From the NCBI GenBank assembly GCA_963823335.1, contig CAWGLD010000004.1, forward strand, positions 384,001 to 448,000: a stretch of DNA of 64,000 nucleotides, given 5' to 3'. The position numbers were made by a program, and so were the translations under genes. The stretch is from an uncultured delta proteobacterium (GTDB lineage Bacteria; Desulfobacterota; Desulfobacteria; Desulfobacterales; B30-G6). The notes under the pieces are model-generated. The model ran no database searches, had not been told where the DNA came from, and was given only the letters and a program-made list of their open reading frames with translations. This document shows positions 40,225 through 49,981 of the stretch, piece after piece. Numbering within the stretch: position 1 is the first letter of the stretch; each line of letters starts with the position of its first letter.

Positions 40225-40992
40225 ATGTTTATGAGGCAGTCAGATTATCGAACACCCAAAAACCAGTCTTTGTGGCTGGCAACACGCTTGCCGGGACTCT
40301 TTTTGTATACCCGAATTATTCTGGTCGTCCTGACAGCAGCCAGGCGCTGCAGGGAGAATACCTATACGCTTGATAAAATAATCGCCAGCAGTTCCAGTAT
40401 TCTGAGAACTCTGGAGCGTATCGGTGCTGATGTTTTGGTGAAGAACATGTCTGCCTTTATTGAGTTGAAAACACCCTGTATCTTTGTGGCCAACCACATG
40501 AGTGCCCTGGAAACCTTTATCCTGCCATGTTTTATCATGCCATACCGTAAAATCACTTTTGTAGTTAAAAAAGGCCTGACCCAATACCCGGTCTTGAAAC
40601 ATGCTATTAACAGTCTTGATCCCATCGTGGTCGATCGCAAGAATCCCAGAAAAGATCTCAAGGCGGTTCTGGAGCAGGGAATTGACGTTCTGAAACAGAA
40701 CATATCCGTTCTCCTTTTCCCCCAAACAACACGAAGTCTTCACTTCGACCCGGCACAATTCAACACCCTCGGCATCAAACTGGCAAAAAAGAGCCGTCTA
40801 CCGATTGTGCCCATCGCCTTGAAGACGGATGCCTGGGGCATCGGTCACCTGTTGAAGGACTTCGGTAAAATCGATCCATCCAAAGCGGTTCGAATGGCCT
40901 TTGGAGATCCCATTCATGTAACCGGAAACGGGAAACAGGAACATCAGCAAATTCTGTCCTTTATCGGGGATACGTTGCGCGGATGGGGATAG
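40225..40992 (+). CDS. Lysophospholipid (1-acylglycerol-3-phosphate) acyltransferase family
   Basis: ANHMSALET, VDR, LFPQTTRS, IVPIAL; start uncertain. Confidence 0.85.
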   Translation: MFMRQSDYRTPKNQSLWLATRLPGLFLYTRIILVVLTAARRCRENTYTLDKIIASSSSILRTLERIGADVLVKNMSAFIELKTPCIFVANHMSALETFILPCFIMPYRKITFVVKKGLTQYPVLKHAINSLDPIVVDRKNPRKDLKAVLEQGIDVLKQNISVLLFPQTTRSLHFDPAQFNTLGIKLAKKSRLPIVPIALKTDAWGIGHLLKDFGKIDPSKAVRMAFGDPIHVTGNGKQEHQQILSFIGDTLRGWG

Positions 40993-40994
40993 AG

Positions 40995-41086
40995 ATGCCT
41001 GCGGGTTGAAGTTCGGGCCCGCCTTGAACTTGACGAAGATCCCGCTCTTTTTGCGGGGAACCAAAACCCTTTTTTTGAGATGGCTT
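40995..41086. mobile_element. Partial copy of the 24474-24619 MITE with an extra hairpin insert
   Basis: ATGCCTGCGGGTTGAAGTTCGGGCCCGCCTTGAACTTGA identical; same right end. Confidence 0.8.
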
Positions 41087-41192
41087 ATAGTCTATCAGAA
41101 GACAGGCGGAATGGCAAGCAGTCTACCGCTTGTTATACAATAACAGCCAATTCTTACGGTAACTTACCTCCATTGAAAACGGTCAAGCCGCT

Positions 41193-41642
41193 ATGACTAC
41201 AATTCGTAAAAAGACCATCCAGGGATTGAATGCGGGTGACACTTTTGCGGTAACACGAACGTTCACTGAAACGGACATGCATCTTTTTGCTGATATCACA
41301 AGAGATTACAACCCTGTTCATTTTAATGAACGCTTTGCAGCATCTAAAAAATTCAATGGGAAAATCTGTCACGGCCTCCTGGCGGCCAGTATCATTACCG
41401 AGATCGGCGGCCAGATCGGATGGCTGGCATCCGGTATGAATTTTCGTTTTAAAAAACCGGTATATTTCAAAGACACCATCACCTGCCACTTCACCATCAC
41501 TTCCATTGACGAGAATGGCAGGGCCATCGCTGAAGCAGTTTACAAAAACCAGGATGGTACGGTTGTACTGGAAGCGACCATCACCGGTATCCTCCCGAAT
41601 GTGCAGGAACGCGACCTTCTGTCGGAGATGATGGACGAGTAG
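41193..41642 (+). CDS. MaoC/PhaJ-like (R)-specific enoyl-CoA hydratase
   Basis: FADITRDYNPVHFN...ICHGLL, FKKPVY. Confidence 0.88.
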   Translation: MTTIRKKTIQGLNAGDTFAVTRTFTETDMHLFADITRDYNPVHFNERFAASKKFNGKICHGLLAASIITEIGGQIGWLASGMNFRFKKPVYFKDTITCHFTITSIDENGRAIAEAVYKNQDGTVVLEATITGILPNVQERDLLSEMMDE

Positions 41643-41803
41643 GGTCGGAGGGGTAAGGCAATCAGGGTTCAAAGGGCCGAAACTGGAAGAGCTGGGTTGG
41701 AGGGGTGAAGGTTTGGAGGGGAAAATCTTGGCTGTAGACTGAAAACGATAAACAGACCCCCAGCATCCAGGCTTCCCAGCATCCCATCATTCCATTATTC
41801 CCA
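41641..41803. repeat. G-rich/C-rich octamer arms
   Basis: AGGGTCGGAGGGG...GGGTTGGAGGGGTGAAGGTTTGGAGGGG / CCAGCATCCAGGCTTCCCAGCATCCCATCATTCC. Confidence 0.65.
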
Positions 41804-41938
41804 TGGGATTTTAACGATTTTATTTGACAACAGGCCCTGAGTGCGGTTTGATAAGGACTTACAATTTAAAAAATCCTTGTAGCGACGGGGTGGAGATGCC
41901 CGATACCTGAGTCACCTGAAAACGAATAGGAGAAAACA

Positions 41939-42214
41939 ATGAATAAAGCGGATTTGGCAGATGCTCTCAGTGAAGCAAACGGTTTGACAAAAACTGAGGC
42001 CAAAGTAATCGTCGACACTTTTTTCAGCGAAATGGTCGAAACCTTGGCACGGGGAGAGCGTGTGGAAATACGTGGGTTTTGTTCCTTTTATGTCAAACAG
42101 TACAAACCCTATGTCGGCAGAAATCCCAAAACCGGAGAAACTGTTCAAATATCGCCCAAAAAACTGCCCTATTTCAAATGTGGGAAAGAGCTCAAAGAGC
42201 GGGTGGATTACTAA
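41939..42214 (+). CDS. ihfB: Integration host factor beta / HU family
   Basis: GERVEIRGFCSF...GRNPKTGE...PYFKCGKELKERV. Confidence 0.85.
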   Translation: MNKADLADALSEANGLTKTEAKVIVDTFFSEMVETLARGERVEIRGFCSFYVKQYKPYVGRNPKTGETVQISPKKLPYFKCGKELKERVDY

Positions 42215-42350
42215 TACTCAAAAGCTTCTAGGGCATATTTCCAAAATATCTCAGCCCTGCAAAATCTCCAATTTCACTTCATCTTCAACTTCAAATGCCG
42301 TCACGCATAGCTCACTATGGCGAAACGGCATTTTTAATTGGCTTCTAATC

Positions 42351-43517
42351 TTATTCGTCAGGAATCCCTAAAAAATACCGCAATCCCGAGAGGTTATCCG
42401 TCGTAATCATCCCATGGCTGTACTCCTTCAATATCTCTTTGGGGCTGAACGCAATGGCCAGACCGGCATTCTCCAGCATGAACCGATCATTGGCACCATC
42501 GCCCACCGCAACGATCTGATCGACGGAAATCCGCTCTGCCTCTGCAATTTTCTGAAGGATCTCCCCTTTTCGTTTGGCATCGACGATGTCGCCTTTGATC
42601 TCCCCGGTAACAACGCCGTCTTCGACAGCCAGTTCATTGGCAAAAACATAATCGAGGTTGAGTCGCTTCTTGAGATAGTCGGTGAAAAACGAGAAACCAC
42701 CGGAGACCACACCGACCTTGTAACCCATTCGGTGAAGCGTGGCAATGAGCTCTTCAGCCCCGGGTGTCAGGTGAATCCCTCTGGTCAGGATCTCGAGCTG
42801 TTCCACTGTCAGCCCCTTCAAAAGACGCACACGCTTTTTCACGGCCTCTGTATAACTCATTTCACCGTTCATGGCCTTGGTAGTCATTTCCTTGACCGTT
42901 TCCCCGACACCCGCCACTTTTGCCAGCTCATCGATGATCTCTCCCTGGATAATGGTACTGTCGCAATCGAAAAGAACAACCTGTTTGTGTTTCTGAAATA
43001 CATTGTAATCCCGCAATGACACATCCAGGCCTGAATTCTCTGCAAACGCATAGAGCATCCGACGCATACCTTTGATGTCAGAAACATCCGAGGTGTCGAT
43101 GGTGATTTCCGTAGCGATGTATTCTCCCCGGGCAATCATTTTGATGGTTTCGATATTGATGCTGTTCTCGGAAAACATACCCGAAACCGACGCAACAATA
43201 CCTGGACGATCTTTTCCCATGAGAGTGAAAATCATCATGCGCTTGTCAACCTTGCGGCGTCCTTCAACATACGGTTCGACTCGAATCCCCATGTTGAAGT
43301 TAGAACGGATGGGCTCCAAGGCCTGGAGCAGGCCACCATAATCTTTGTCCGAGGTACTTAAATCGACCACCAGAAACATGGTAAAATGCCCCCGGACGGA
43401 GCGGGCCTCGATGTCGACAATATTGATATGCAGGTCCGACAGGATCTGTGTAACCGAATGAACCAGACCGGGGCGATCTTGCCCGACCGCCGAGATAACG
43501 TAGAGTAATTTTCCCAA
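42351..43517 (-). CDS. serB: Phosphoserine phosphatase with two ACT domains
   Basis: GQDRPGL and GKDRPGI ACT motifs; FDCDSTII, VSGGF, GDGAND; AGGAG + TTG start. Confidence 0.93.
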   Translation of the reverse strand: MGKLLYVISAVGQDRPGLVHSVTQILSDLHINIVDIEARSVRGHFTMFLVVDLSTSDKDYGGLLQALEPIRSNFNMGIRVEPYVEGRRKVDKRMMIFTLMGKDRPGIVASVSGMFSENSINIETIKMIARGEYIATEITIDTSDVSDIKGMRRMLYAFAENSGLDVSLRDYNVFQKHKQVVLFDCDSTIIQGEIIDELAKVAGVGETVKEMTTKAMNGEMSYTEAVKKRVRLLKGLTVEQLEILTRGIHLTPGAEELIATLHRMGYKVGVVSGGFSFFTDYLKKRLNLDYVFANELAVEDGVVTGEIKGDIVDAKRKGEILQKIAEAERISVDQIVAVGDGANDRFMLENAGLAIAFSPKEILKEYSHGMITTDNLSGLRYFLGIPDE

Positions 43518-43644
43518 TTTTGCTCCTGAGTTACAAATTGAAGAAAGAGATAAAAAACACACGGACATGCATCATAAGTCCGGGCGGAAGTCAAGCCCAA
43601 ATAAAATCGCATAGCAATTTTATCCTGTGCGGCTTGGCCGTTTT

Positions 43645-43815
43645 TGCCCTGCGGGCGCCATTTGTCCTTCGGATGTCATTATTCGTCATTTGTCCTATCG
43701 GGCGTAATTTGCACTTCGTGCGATATTAGCGCTACGCGCGTATACCCTATGTGCGTAATTTATTGTTGCTCACAGCAACTTGCCGGGAGGCTGCTTATCG
43801 ATTAAAGCTTATGAC
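43645..43815. repeat. AATGAC + mini-hairpin modular array, locus 3 (mostly minus orientation)
   Basis: Minus strand: GCGCGTAGCGC, GCACGAAGTGC, GCCCGATAGGAC, ATCCGAAGGAC, GCCCGCAGGGC units. Confidence 0.85.
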
Positions 43816-43817
43816 TC

Positions 43818-43910
43818 ACCCTCCATCCCGCCGCCCCTGTTCTTTCACCCTCGAACCCTCCAAACCTCCACCCCTCCAACCCTGCTTTGCCCCTCCAACC
43901 CTCCAAACCT
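43818..43910. repeat. C-rich octamer tandem arm
   Basis: CCCTCGAACCCTCCAAACCTCCACCCCTCCAACCC...CCCTCCAACCCTCCAAACC. Confidence 0.75.
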
Positions 43911-43926
43911 TATTAAAATCCTGCCC

Positions 43927-43955
43927 TTGCAATAACGGCAGCCCGTGATTATAAT
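43927..43955 (+). promoter_or_regulatory. Sigma70 promoter of the ClpX-like gene
   Basis: TTGCAA-N17-TATAAT. Confidence 0.7.
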
Positions 43956-43965
43956 GTAAATCGTT

Positions 43966-45714
43966 ATGAAAGAGATAAATGAAAAAATACCGACACCCCA
44001 GGAACTTGAAAAAGAAATAGCTGAATTTCTTACAAAAAAATTTGGCGGGAATGTCAAGGTTGCCCAGCCGATGGTTCTCCAGCAGGAAAACATGGTTGAT
44101 TCCGATGAAAAACCGCCTAAAAGAGAAAAGAAAATCAGTTTCGATCTCAAGCCGGAAGAGTTGGTTGCTTACCTGGATCAGTACATTGTCAAACAGGAGA
44201 GCGCCAAGGCAATTCTTGCCACCAAAATATGTACCCACTTCAACCGCATAAAGCGCTATCAGGCCGCACCCGATACTGTCAATGACCTGGTGGGAAGCAT
44301 TAAGAACAATGTTCTCATGATCGGTCCCACCGGCGTCGGAAAGACCTATATGATCAAGCTTATCGCCAAGAAAATCGGTGTGCCGTTTGTGAAAGGAGAT
44401 GCCACCAAGTTCAGCGAGACAGGTTATGTGGGAGGTGATGTAGAAGACCTGGTACGGGATCTGGTTCGAGAAGCTGATGGCGACATCGAACATGCCCAGC
44501 ATGGCATTATCTACATCGATGAAATCGACAAGATTGCATCCAGTCGCAACTTTGTAGGTGCCGATGTCAGTAGAACCGGTGTGCAACGGGCCCTTTTGAA
44601 ACCCATGGAAGAAACCGAGGTGGATCTCAAGGTTCCCCACGATCCAATTTCAATGCTTCAGGAGGTGGAACATTTTCGGAAAACCGGCAAGCGTGAAAAG
44701 AACGTGGTGAATACCAAAAAAATCCTTTTTATCATGAGTGGGGCCTTCAATGACATCGGGGAAATCGTTCAGAAGCGTATCTCCTCCCAGGGAATCGGGT
44801 TTGGTGCGACACTTCAAAAAACCGATGACAAGGCCGATTTGTTGAAGCACATCAAATCGGAAGACCTGATTCAATTCGGTTTCGAATCGGAGTTTGTCGG
44901 ACGACTACCGGTCCGCGCCGTATTTGAATTTCTGAACGAAACCGATCTCTACAACATTTTAAAGAACCCCAACAACCCGGTAACCTTAGGCAAAAAACTC
45001 GATTTTGCAGCATATGGCATCGATGCAAAATTCGAAGACAAGGCCCTTCAAGCACTGGCTAGAGAAGCCGCCAAAGAAAATACCGGCGCCCGGGGACTTG
45101 TAAGTGCCGTGGAGAGCGCGCTGCTGCTCTATGAAAAACGGCTTCCCTCAACAAACCTGCGCAAATTTCCCATAACCGTCGAACTGGTTGATTCACCCAA
45201 AACCACCTTTGAGAACATGATGAACGCCCCGGATGACGGTAATTGGGAAGACACATTCGAACGCCTGGTGCAGGAAGAAAAAGACGGCATCCGTGATTAT
45301 GTCATCGCCAACAGAGATCATATCGTCAGCAAATATATGATGAACCTGCCGGCATCACGAATCGATATCGTGGCTGATCAATACAGCAAAAATGCCACCG
45401 ACATCAGCAGGATTATCCAAAAGATCAAAGTCTACTACGATGATATCAAAGCCACCGAACTCCAGTTTTTAAAATCCCATGACGTCAACCTGGTATTGGA
45501 AGACAGTGCCATCGATTATGTCATAAAGAATATATTCGGCTCAACAATCAACCCGAAGGAACTCTTCAAACAGCTGTCCGATGACTTTGAGTTTGGTTTG
45601 AAACTGGTAAGAGATAAAACCGGCCGAAATCGTTTCTTCATCACCAGAGAAGCCCTTCTGGCCCCGGAAAAATTCATCGAGGACTTGATAAAAGACAAAC
45701 TGCCGATTGACTAA
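43966..45714 (+). CDS. ClpX-like AAA+ ATPase lacking the zinc-binding domain, with C-terminal extension
   Basis: GPTGVGKT, ETGYVG, IYIDEIDK, GVQRALLK, IGF loop, EFVGRLP, TGARGL. Confidence 0.88.
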   Translation: MKEINEKIPTPQELEKEIAEFLTKKFGGNVKVAQPMVLQQENMVDSDEKPPKREKKISFDLKPEELVAYLDQYIVKQESAKAILATKICTHFNRIKRYQAAPDTVNDLVGSIKNNVLMIGPTGVGKTYMIKLIAKKIGVPFVKGDATKFSETGYVGGDVEDLVRDLVREADGDIEHAQHGIIYIDEIDKIASSRNFVGADVSRTGVQRALLKPMEETEVDLKVPHDPISMLQEVEHFRKTGKREKNVVNTKKILFIMSGAFNDIGEIVQKRISSQGIGFGATLQKTDDKADLLKHIKSEDLIQFGFESEFVGRLPVRAVFEFLNETDLYNILKNPNNPVTLGKKLDFAAYGIDAKFEDKALQALAREAAKENTGARGLVSAVESALLLYEKRLPSTNLRKFPITVELVDSPKTTFENMMNAPDDGNWEDTFERLVQEEKDGIRDYVIANRDHIVSKYMMNLPASRIDIVADQYSKNATDISRIIQKIKVYYDDIKATELQFLKSHDVNLVLEDSAIDYVIKNIFGSTINPKELFKQLSDDFEFGLKLVRDKTGRNRFFITREALLAPEKFIEDLIKDKLPID

Positions 45715-45717
45715 AGC

Positions 45718-45852
45718 TGACGGCTTCATAAAAAGTCGCAAAATTTAATTTAGCGTTATTCCCATGAAGGTTGAAATCCAGTTTTTTAAATTAGTTCTGG
45801 ATGCCTGGCTTCGCAAGCGTGACGAATTTTAGGATCTTTTACAAGTTCATCA
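45718..45852. mobile_element. Degenerate MITE/REP pair
   Basis: Imperfect TIRs TGACGGCTTCATAAAAAGTC / GATCTTTTACAAGTTCATCA around GTTATTCCC...AATCCAG / CTGGATGCC...GTGAC. Confidence 0.55.
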
Positions 45853-45863
45853 AGGGGATACCC

Positions 45864-47048
45864 ATGATTGGCATATCAAAACTCTACTGTGGCACAGTGG
45901 AGCCTTCCGATGCATTACGCTATGGAAGGCTGTCATCGTCATTGCCTTCGCATCTTCTTCAGTTCTCGGCGGACAAAAGACCCGTGGTGGTATGGAATAT
46001 TACACGCCGCTGCAACTTGAAATGCGTTCACTGCTATGCCCAGGCAACAAAAGACGCACAAATCAACGAGCTCACAACCCAGGAAGGCATGAAGCTCATC
46101 GACGACCTGGCCGCATTTGGTGTACCGGTTCTGCTCTTCTCGGGCGGGGAGCCCCTGGTCAGAAAAGATCTGCCCGAGCTGGCTGAGTATGCGGTCCAAA
46201 AAGGAATGCGCGCAGTCATCTCCACCAATGGCACCCTCATTACACCCCAGATGGCCCGTAAATTGAAAGATATCGGCCTTTCCTATGTCGGCATCAGTCT
46301 GGATGGCATGACATCCATCAACGATGCGTTCCGGGGTGTCAAGGGCGCTTTCAACGCAGCCATGAAGGGTATCGAAAATTGCCAGGCTGTGGGGATCAAG
46401 GTCGGGCTCCGATTTACCATCAATAAGGCCAACGCAGATGAAATCGGGAAAATATTCGATCTACTGGAAGAAAAGGAAATCCCCAGAGTCTGCTTTTACC
46501 ACCTGGTCTATGCCGGTCGCGGCTCTAAGCTGATCGAGGAAGACCTTTCCCATGAAGAATCCCGAAAAGTCGTTGATTTGATTATCGACCGTACCAAAGA
46601 CCTCCACGACCGCGGCATCCCAAAAGAAGTGCTCACCGTCGACAACCATGCCGACGGTCCCTATCTGTACCTGCGGTTACTCAAAGAAAACCCCCGGCGT
46701 GCCGGGGACGTTCTTGAACTGCTGCAAATGAACGAAGGCAACAGTTCCGGAAGAGGCATCGGTTGTATCAGCTGGGATGGCGAGGTCTATGCCGATCAGT
46801 TCTGGCGGCACTTCAGTTTCGGCAATGTCCGGCAGCGGCCCTTTTCCGAAATCTGGACCGACACCTCCAATGAACTCATGCGGCAGCTCAAAGAAAAGAA
46901 GAAACATGTCAAGGGACGCTGCGCCGACTGTCAATGGCTCGATATTTGCGGGGGAAACTTCAGAGTGAGGGCGGAAGCCGTCAGCGGTGATATATGGGCA
47001 CCGGACCCGGCCTGTTATCTGACGGATGAGGAGATAGGGATTGAGTAG
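45864..47048 (+). CDS. ahbC: Radical SAM 12,18-didecarboxysiroheme deacetylase (alternative heme pathway)
   Basis: MIGISKLYCG, WNITRRCNLKCVHCY, TVDNHADG, SPASM cysteines. Confidence 0.92.
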   Translation: MIGISKLYCGTVEPSDALRYGRLSSSLPSHLLQFSADKRPVVVWNITRRCNLKCVHCYAQATKDAQINELTTQEGMKLIDDLAAFGVPVLLFSGGEPLVRKDLPELAEYAVQKGMRAVISTNGTLITPQMARKLKDIGLSYVGISLDGMTSINDAFRGVKGAFNAAMKGIENCQAVGIKVGLRFTINKANADEIGKIFDLLEEKEIPRVCFYHLVYAGRGSKLIEEDLSHEESRKVVDLIIDRTKDLHDRGIPKEVLTVDNHADGPYLYLRLLKENPRRAGDVLELLQMNEGNSSGRGIGCISWDGEVYADQFWRHFSFGNVRQRPFSEIWTDTSNELMRQLKEKKKHVKGRCADCQWLDICGGNFRVRAEAVSGDIWAPDPACYLTDEEIGIE

Positions 47049-47056
47049 GGAAAAAT

Positions 47057-47150
47057 AGGGTTCAAGGGGCTGAGGGTGATACAAGGGTTGGAGGTTTGGA
47101 AGGGAATAGTGTCCATTGAGTTTGTTGGGTTTCTTGAGTTCATTGGGTTG
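47057..47150. repeat. G-rich octamer arm plus ATTGAGTT/TTGGGTT 9-mer repeats
   Basis: AGGGTTCAAGGGGCTGAGGGTGATACAAGGGTT; CATTGAGTTTGTTGGGTTTCTTGAGTTCATTGGGTT. Confidence 0.7.
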
Positions 47151-47204
47151 ATGGAACAGGGTTGTGTTGAGAGATATCTGTTTGCCAAGAGCAACCGGCC
47201 AAGA

Positions 47205-47316
47205 GCTACAATAAATAACGCGCGCAGCGCTAATATCGTCCGATAGGACAAATGACTATGAATGACATCCGAAGGATAAATTACGCCCGAAGGGCATAAT
47301 GACGCCCGAAGGGCAA
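47205..47316. repeat. AATGAC + mini-hairpin modular array, locus 4
   Basis: GCGCGCAGCGC, GTCCGATAGGAC, ATCCGAAGGAT and 2x GCCCGAAGGGC, each preceded by an AATGAC-like linker. Confidence 0.87.
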
Positions 47317-47330
47317 TGCGAGGTATATCT

Positions 47331-48308
47331 ATGCTCTTCCCAGACTATCGACCCAGGCGATTGAGACAAAGCAGGGCGTTTCGGCGCATGATCCGTGAAA
47401 CACAACTCTGTGTGGATGACCTGATTCTGCCCATATTCGCCGTCGGCGGCAAAAACGTCAAAAACCCCATTCCATCCATGCCGGGGCAATTTCAACTCTC
47501 GGTAGACAACGTCGTCAAGCTGGCCAAGACCACCCATGACCTGGACATACCGGCCATTATACTGTTTGGTCTGCCGGACAAAAAGGACCCGCTGGGAACC
47601 GGGGCTTATGCCAAAAACGGCATTGTGCAACAGGCAGTCAAGGCGGTTAAGGACAGTCAGCCGGACCTGGCCGTTATTACGGACGTCTGCCTTTGCCAGT
47701 ATACAGATCATGGCCATTGCGGTATTGTGGAGGGTGACACCGTAGACAATGATGCATCCCTGGATCTGATTGCCAGGACTGCATTGTCTCATTGCCGTGC
47801 CGGGGCCGATATGGTGGCCCCTTCAGACATGATGGACGGCCGGGTCACTGAAATAAGAAATCTTCTGGATGAAAACGATTTCAGCCGGATTCCCATCATG
47901 TCCTATGCAGCAAAATACTGCTCGTCCTATTATGGCCCGTTCCGGGAGGCGGCTGACTCCGCTCCACAGTTTGGTGATCGCAGAACCTATCAGATGGATC
48001 CTGCCAACGCGGTTGAAGCCATTCGGGAAGCAACCATGGACGTGGAGGAAGGGGCGGATATCATCATGGTGAAACCGGCCCTGGCCTATTTGGATGTGAT
48101 CAACAGAATCCGGGAAGAGATCGATCTTCCTGTGGCGGCCTATAATGTCAGCGGCGAATATGCCATGATCAAGGCGGCCGATCAATTGGGCTGGCTGGAC
48201 GGCAAAAAGGTGATGCTGGAAACATTGACCGCCATCAAACGTGCCGGGGCCGATATGATACTGACGTACTTTGCCATTGAAGCAGCCGGCATATTGATGG
48301 AAAAGTAA
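47331..48308 (+). CDS. hemB: Porphobilinogen synthase (Zn-type)
   Basis: RPRRLR, DVCLCQYTDHGHCG, APSDMMDG, MVKPA, YNVSGEY. Confidence 0.97.
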   Translation: MLFPDYRPRRLRQSRAFRRMIRETQLCVDDLILPIFAVGGKNVKNPIPSMPGQFQLSVDNVVKLAKTTHDLDIPAIILFGLPDKKDPLGTGAYAKNGIVQQAVKAVKDSQPDLAVITDVCLCQYTDHGHCGIVEGDTVDNDASLDLIARTALSHCRAGADMVAPSDMMDGRVTEIRNLLDENDFSRIPIMSYAAKYCSSYYGPFREAADSAPQFGDRRTYQMDPANAVEAIREATMDVEEGADIIMVKPALAYLDVINRIREEIDLPVAAYNVSGEYAMIKAADQLGWLDGKKVMLETLTAIKRAGADMILTYFAIEAAGILMEK

Positions 48309-48414
48309 AAAGCCCAATTTCTGCGTTGCACTTCATCCCGCTGCCACTCAACGTACCTGGGGTACGCCTCGTGACACGAGATTTGTGACGCCTTGAACTT
48401 GGAATTTTTACTTT
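48302..48414. mobile_element. ERIC-like MITE overlapping the hemB stop codon
   Basis: TIR AAAGTAAAAA / TTTTTACTTT; shares GCCCAATTTCTG and CGCCTTGAACTTG with the 24474 element. Confidence 0.7.
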
Positions 48415-48584
48415 CCCATTTTGGACGTTCAGACTTAACTGTTGCCATAGATATATTCCGTTTGGCGTCTGGTTTGAGCTCCGGCGGGTGACGGCAAACA
48501 GCCGGTCGCCTGTTTAAAGCGGGTTAGCGATCGTTGGGAAGACCAGTAGATTGGATTGGATTTATGATTATCAAGTGTTGCAAC

Positions 48585-49697
48585 ATGCCGATAAAAAGTC
48601 ATCCCCATGCTTTGAAAGAAGAGTCCAAGCGCGCGAATCTGCGTCTGGTCGCCTGGGAGATCACCAGGAACTGCAATCTGTCCTGTGTTCACTGTCGTGC
48701 ATCCGCAACCATGGGCCCCTACGAGGGTGAACTCGACACCACTGCCTGTTTGAATCTTCTGGACCAGATACACGTGGTGGGTGATCCGATCGTTATTCTG
48801 ACCGGTGGAGAACCCTTGCTGAGACCGGACATTTTTGAGATCGCCCGGTATGGGTCCGACAAAGGTCTTCGTATGGTGATGGCCCCCAACGGAACACTCA
48901 TCACCGAAGACAAAGCCCGGCAGATGGCAGACGCCGGAATCAAGCGAATCAGCATCAGCCTGGATGGCGCCACCCGGGAAATTCATGACCGGTTTCGGGG
49001 TGTGGACGGCGCTTTTGACGGTGCCCTTCAGGGAATTGCCATGGCGAAAAAAGCCGGTGTCGAATTCCAGATCAACACAACCATCACAAAATCGAACCTG
49101 GATCAGATTCCCGACATTCAGAAACTGGCCGTGACTCTGGGTGCTGTTGCTCACCACATCTTCCTGCTGGTTCCCACCGGCAGAGGAAAATACATCGTGG
49201 ACACGGAAATCGATGCCCAGGAGTATGAAGAAACCCTGAACTGGTTCTACGACCAGAGAGACAAGGCGCCCCTACAGCTCAAAGCCACCTGCGCCCCCCA
49301 CTATTACCGCATCCTCAGACAACGCGCAAAAAAAGATGGTCAGAAGGTGACCTTTCAGACTCACGGTCTGGATGCTGTCAGCCGCGGATGTCTGGGAGGG
49401 GTCGGGTTCTGCTTCATATCTCACACCGGTCTGGTACAGCCGTGCGGCTTTCTCAATGTGGCCTGTGGTGATGTTACGCAGAAACCGTTCCATGAAATCT
49501 GGAACCGGTCGGATGTGTTTCTGCGACTGCGTGACTATGACTGCCTCACCGGAAAATGTGGTGACTGTGAATATAAAAAAGTCTGTGGTGGCTGCCGGGC
49601 CCGGGCCTTTGAGGCCACCGGTGACTACATGACCGAAGAACCCCTATGCAATTATATCCCGGCATCCCCACACCGGGGAACAAATATCACGAGCTGA
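48585..49697 (+). CDS. ahbD: Radical SAM heme b synthase (Fe-coproporphyrin decarboxylase)
   Basis: LRLVAWEITRNCNLSCVHCRA, FLLVPTGRG, KATCAPHYYR, SPASM motif; start uncertain. Confidence 0.92.
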   Translation: MPIKSHPHALKEESKRANLRLVAWEITRNCNLSCVHCRASATMGPYEGELDTTACLNLLDQIHVVGDPIVILTGGEPLLRPDIFEIARYGSDKGLRMVMAPNGTLITEDKARQMADAGIKRISISLDGATREIHDRFRGVDGAFDGALQGIAMAKKAGVEFQINTTITKSNLDQIPDIQKLAVTLGAVAHHIFLLVPTGRGKYIVDTEIDAQEYEETLNWFYDQRDKAPLQLKATCAPHYYRILRQRAKKDGQKVTFQTHGLDAVSRGCLGGVGFCFISHTGLVQPCGFLNVACGDVTQKPFHEIWNRSDVFLRLRDYDCLTGKCGDCEYKKVCGGCRARAFEATGDYMTEEPLCNYIPASPHRGTNITS

Positions 49698-49715
49698 TAT
49701 TCTTGTAGCAAGGGA

Positions 49716-49839
49716 GTCAACTACCACCCGTGAAACGGGTGGCTTGGATTTCTCCCAAAATGGGGGAAATCCAAAGGAGACGGCATGTCTCCGTAAGTTC
49801 AGGTTCGGAACCGCGTGCCAAGCACGCGGTTTGTAGAAC
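49716..49839. mobile_element. ~124-bp non-coding IS200/IS605-type remnant (PATE-like)
   Basis: GTCAACTACCACCCGTGAAACGGGTGGCTTG end motif plus three further hairpins. Confidence 0.65.
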
Positions 49840-49893
49840 AATCATTATCCCACCGTTAATTGCATTGAACCGTTATATTTACATCACAAAAAA

Positions 49894-49922
49894 TTGACAT
49901 CTCACTTTTTTTTGGTTATCCT
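49894..49922 (+). promoter_or_regulatory. Sigma70 promoter of the 49982-54463 cluster
   Basis: TTGACA-N17-TATCCT. Confidence 0.6.
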
Positions 49923-49981
49923 CACAAAATCTTTCAGGTTATCTGTGCACCTCTATCAGTAAATCAGGCGATAAGGACGAT

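Noticed and set aside
47205-47316. Mini-hairpin arrays as CRISPR
   Set aside because: The constant part is only 6 nt, the variable parts are self-complementary and reused between loci, and no cas genes are present
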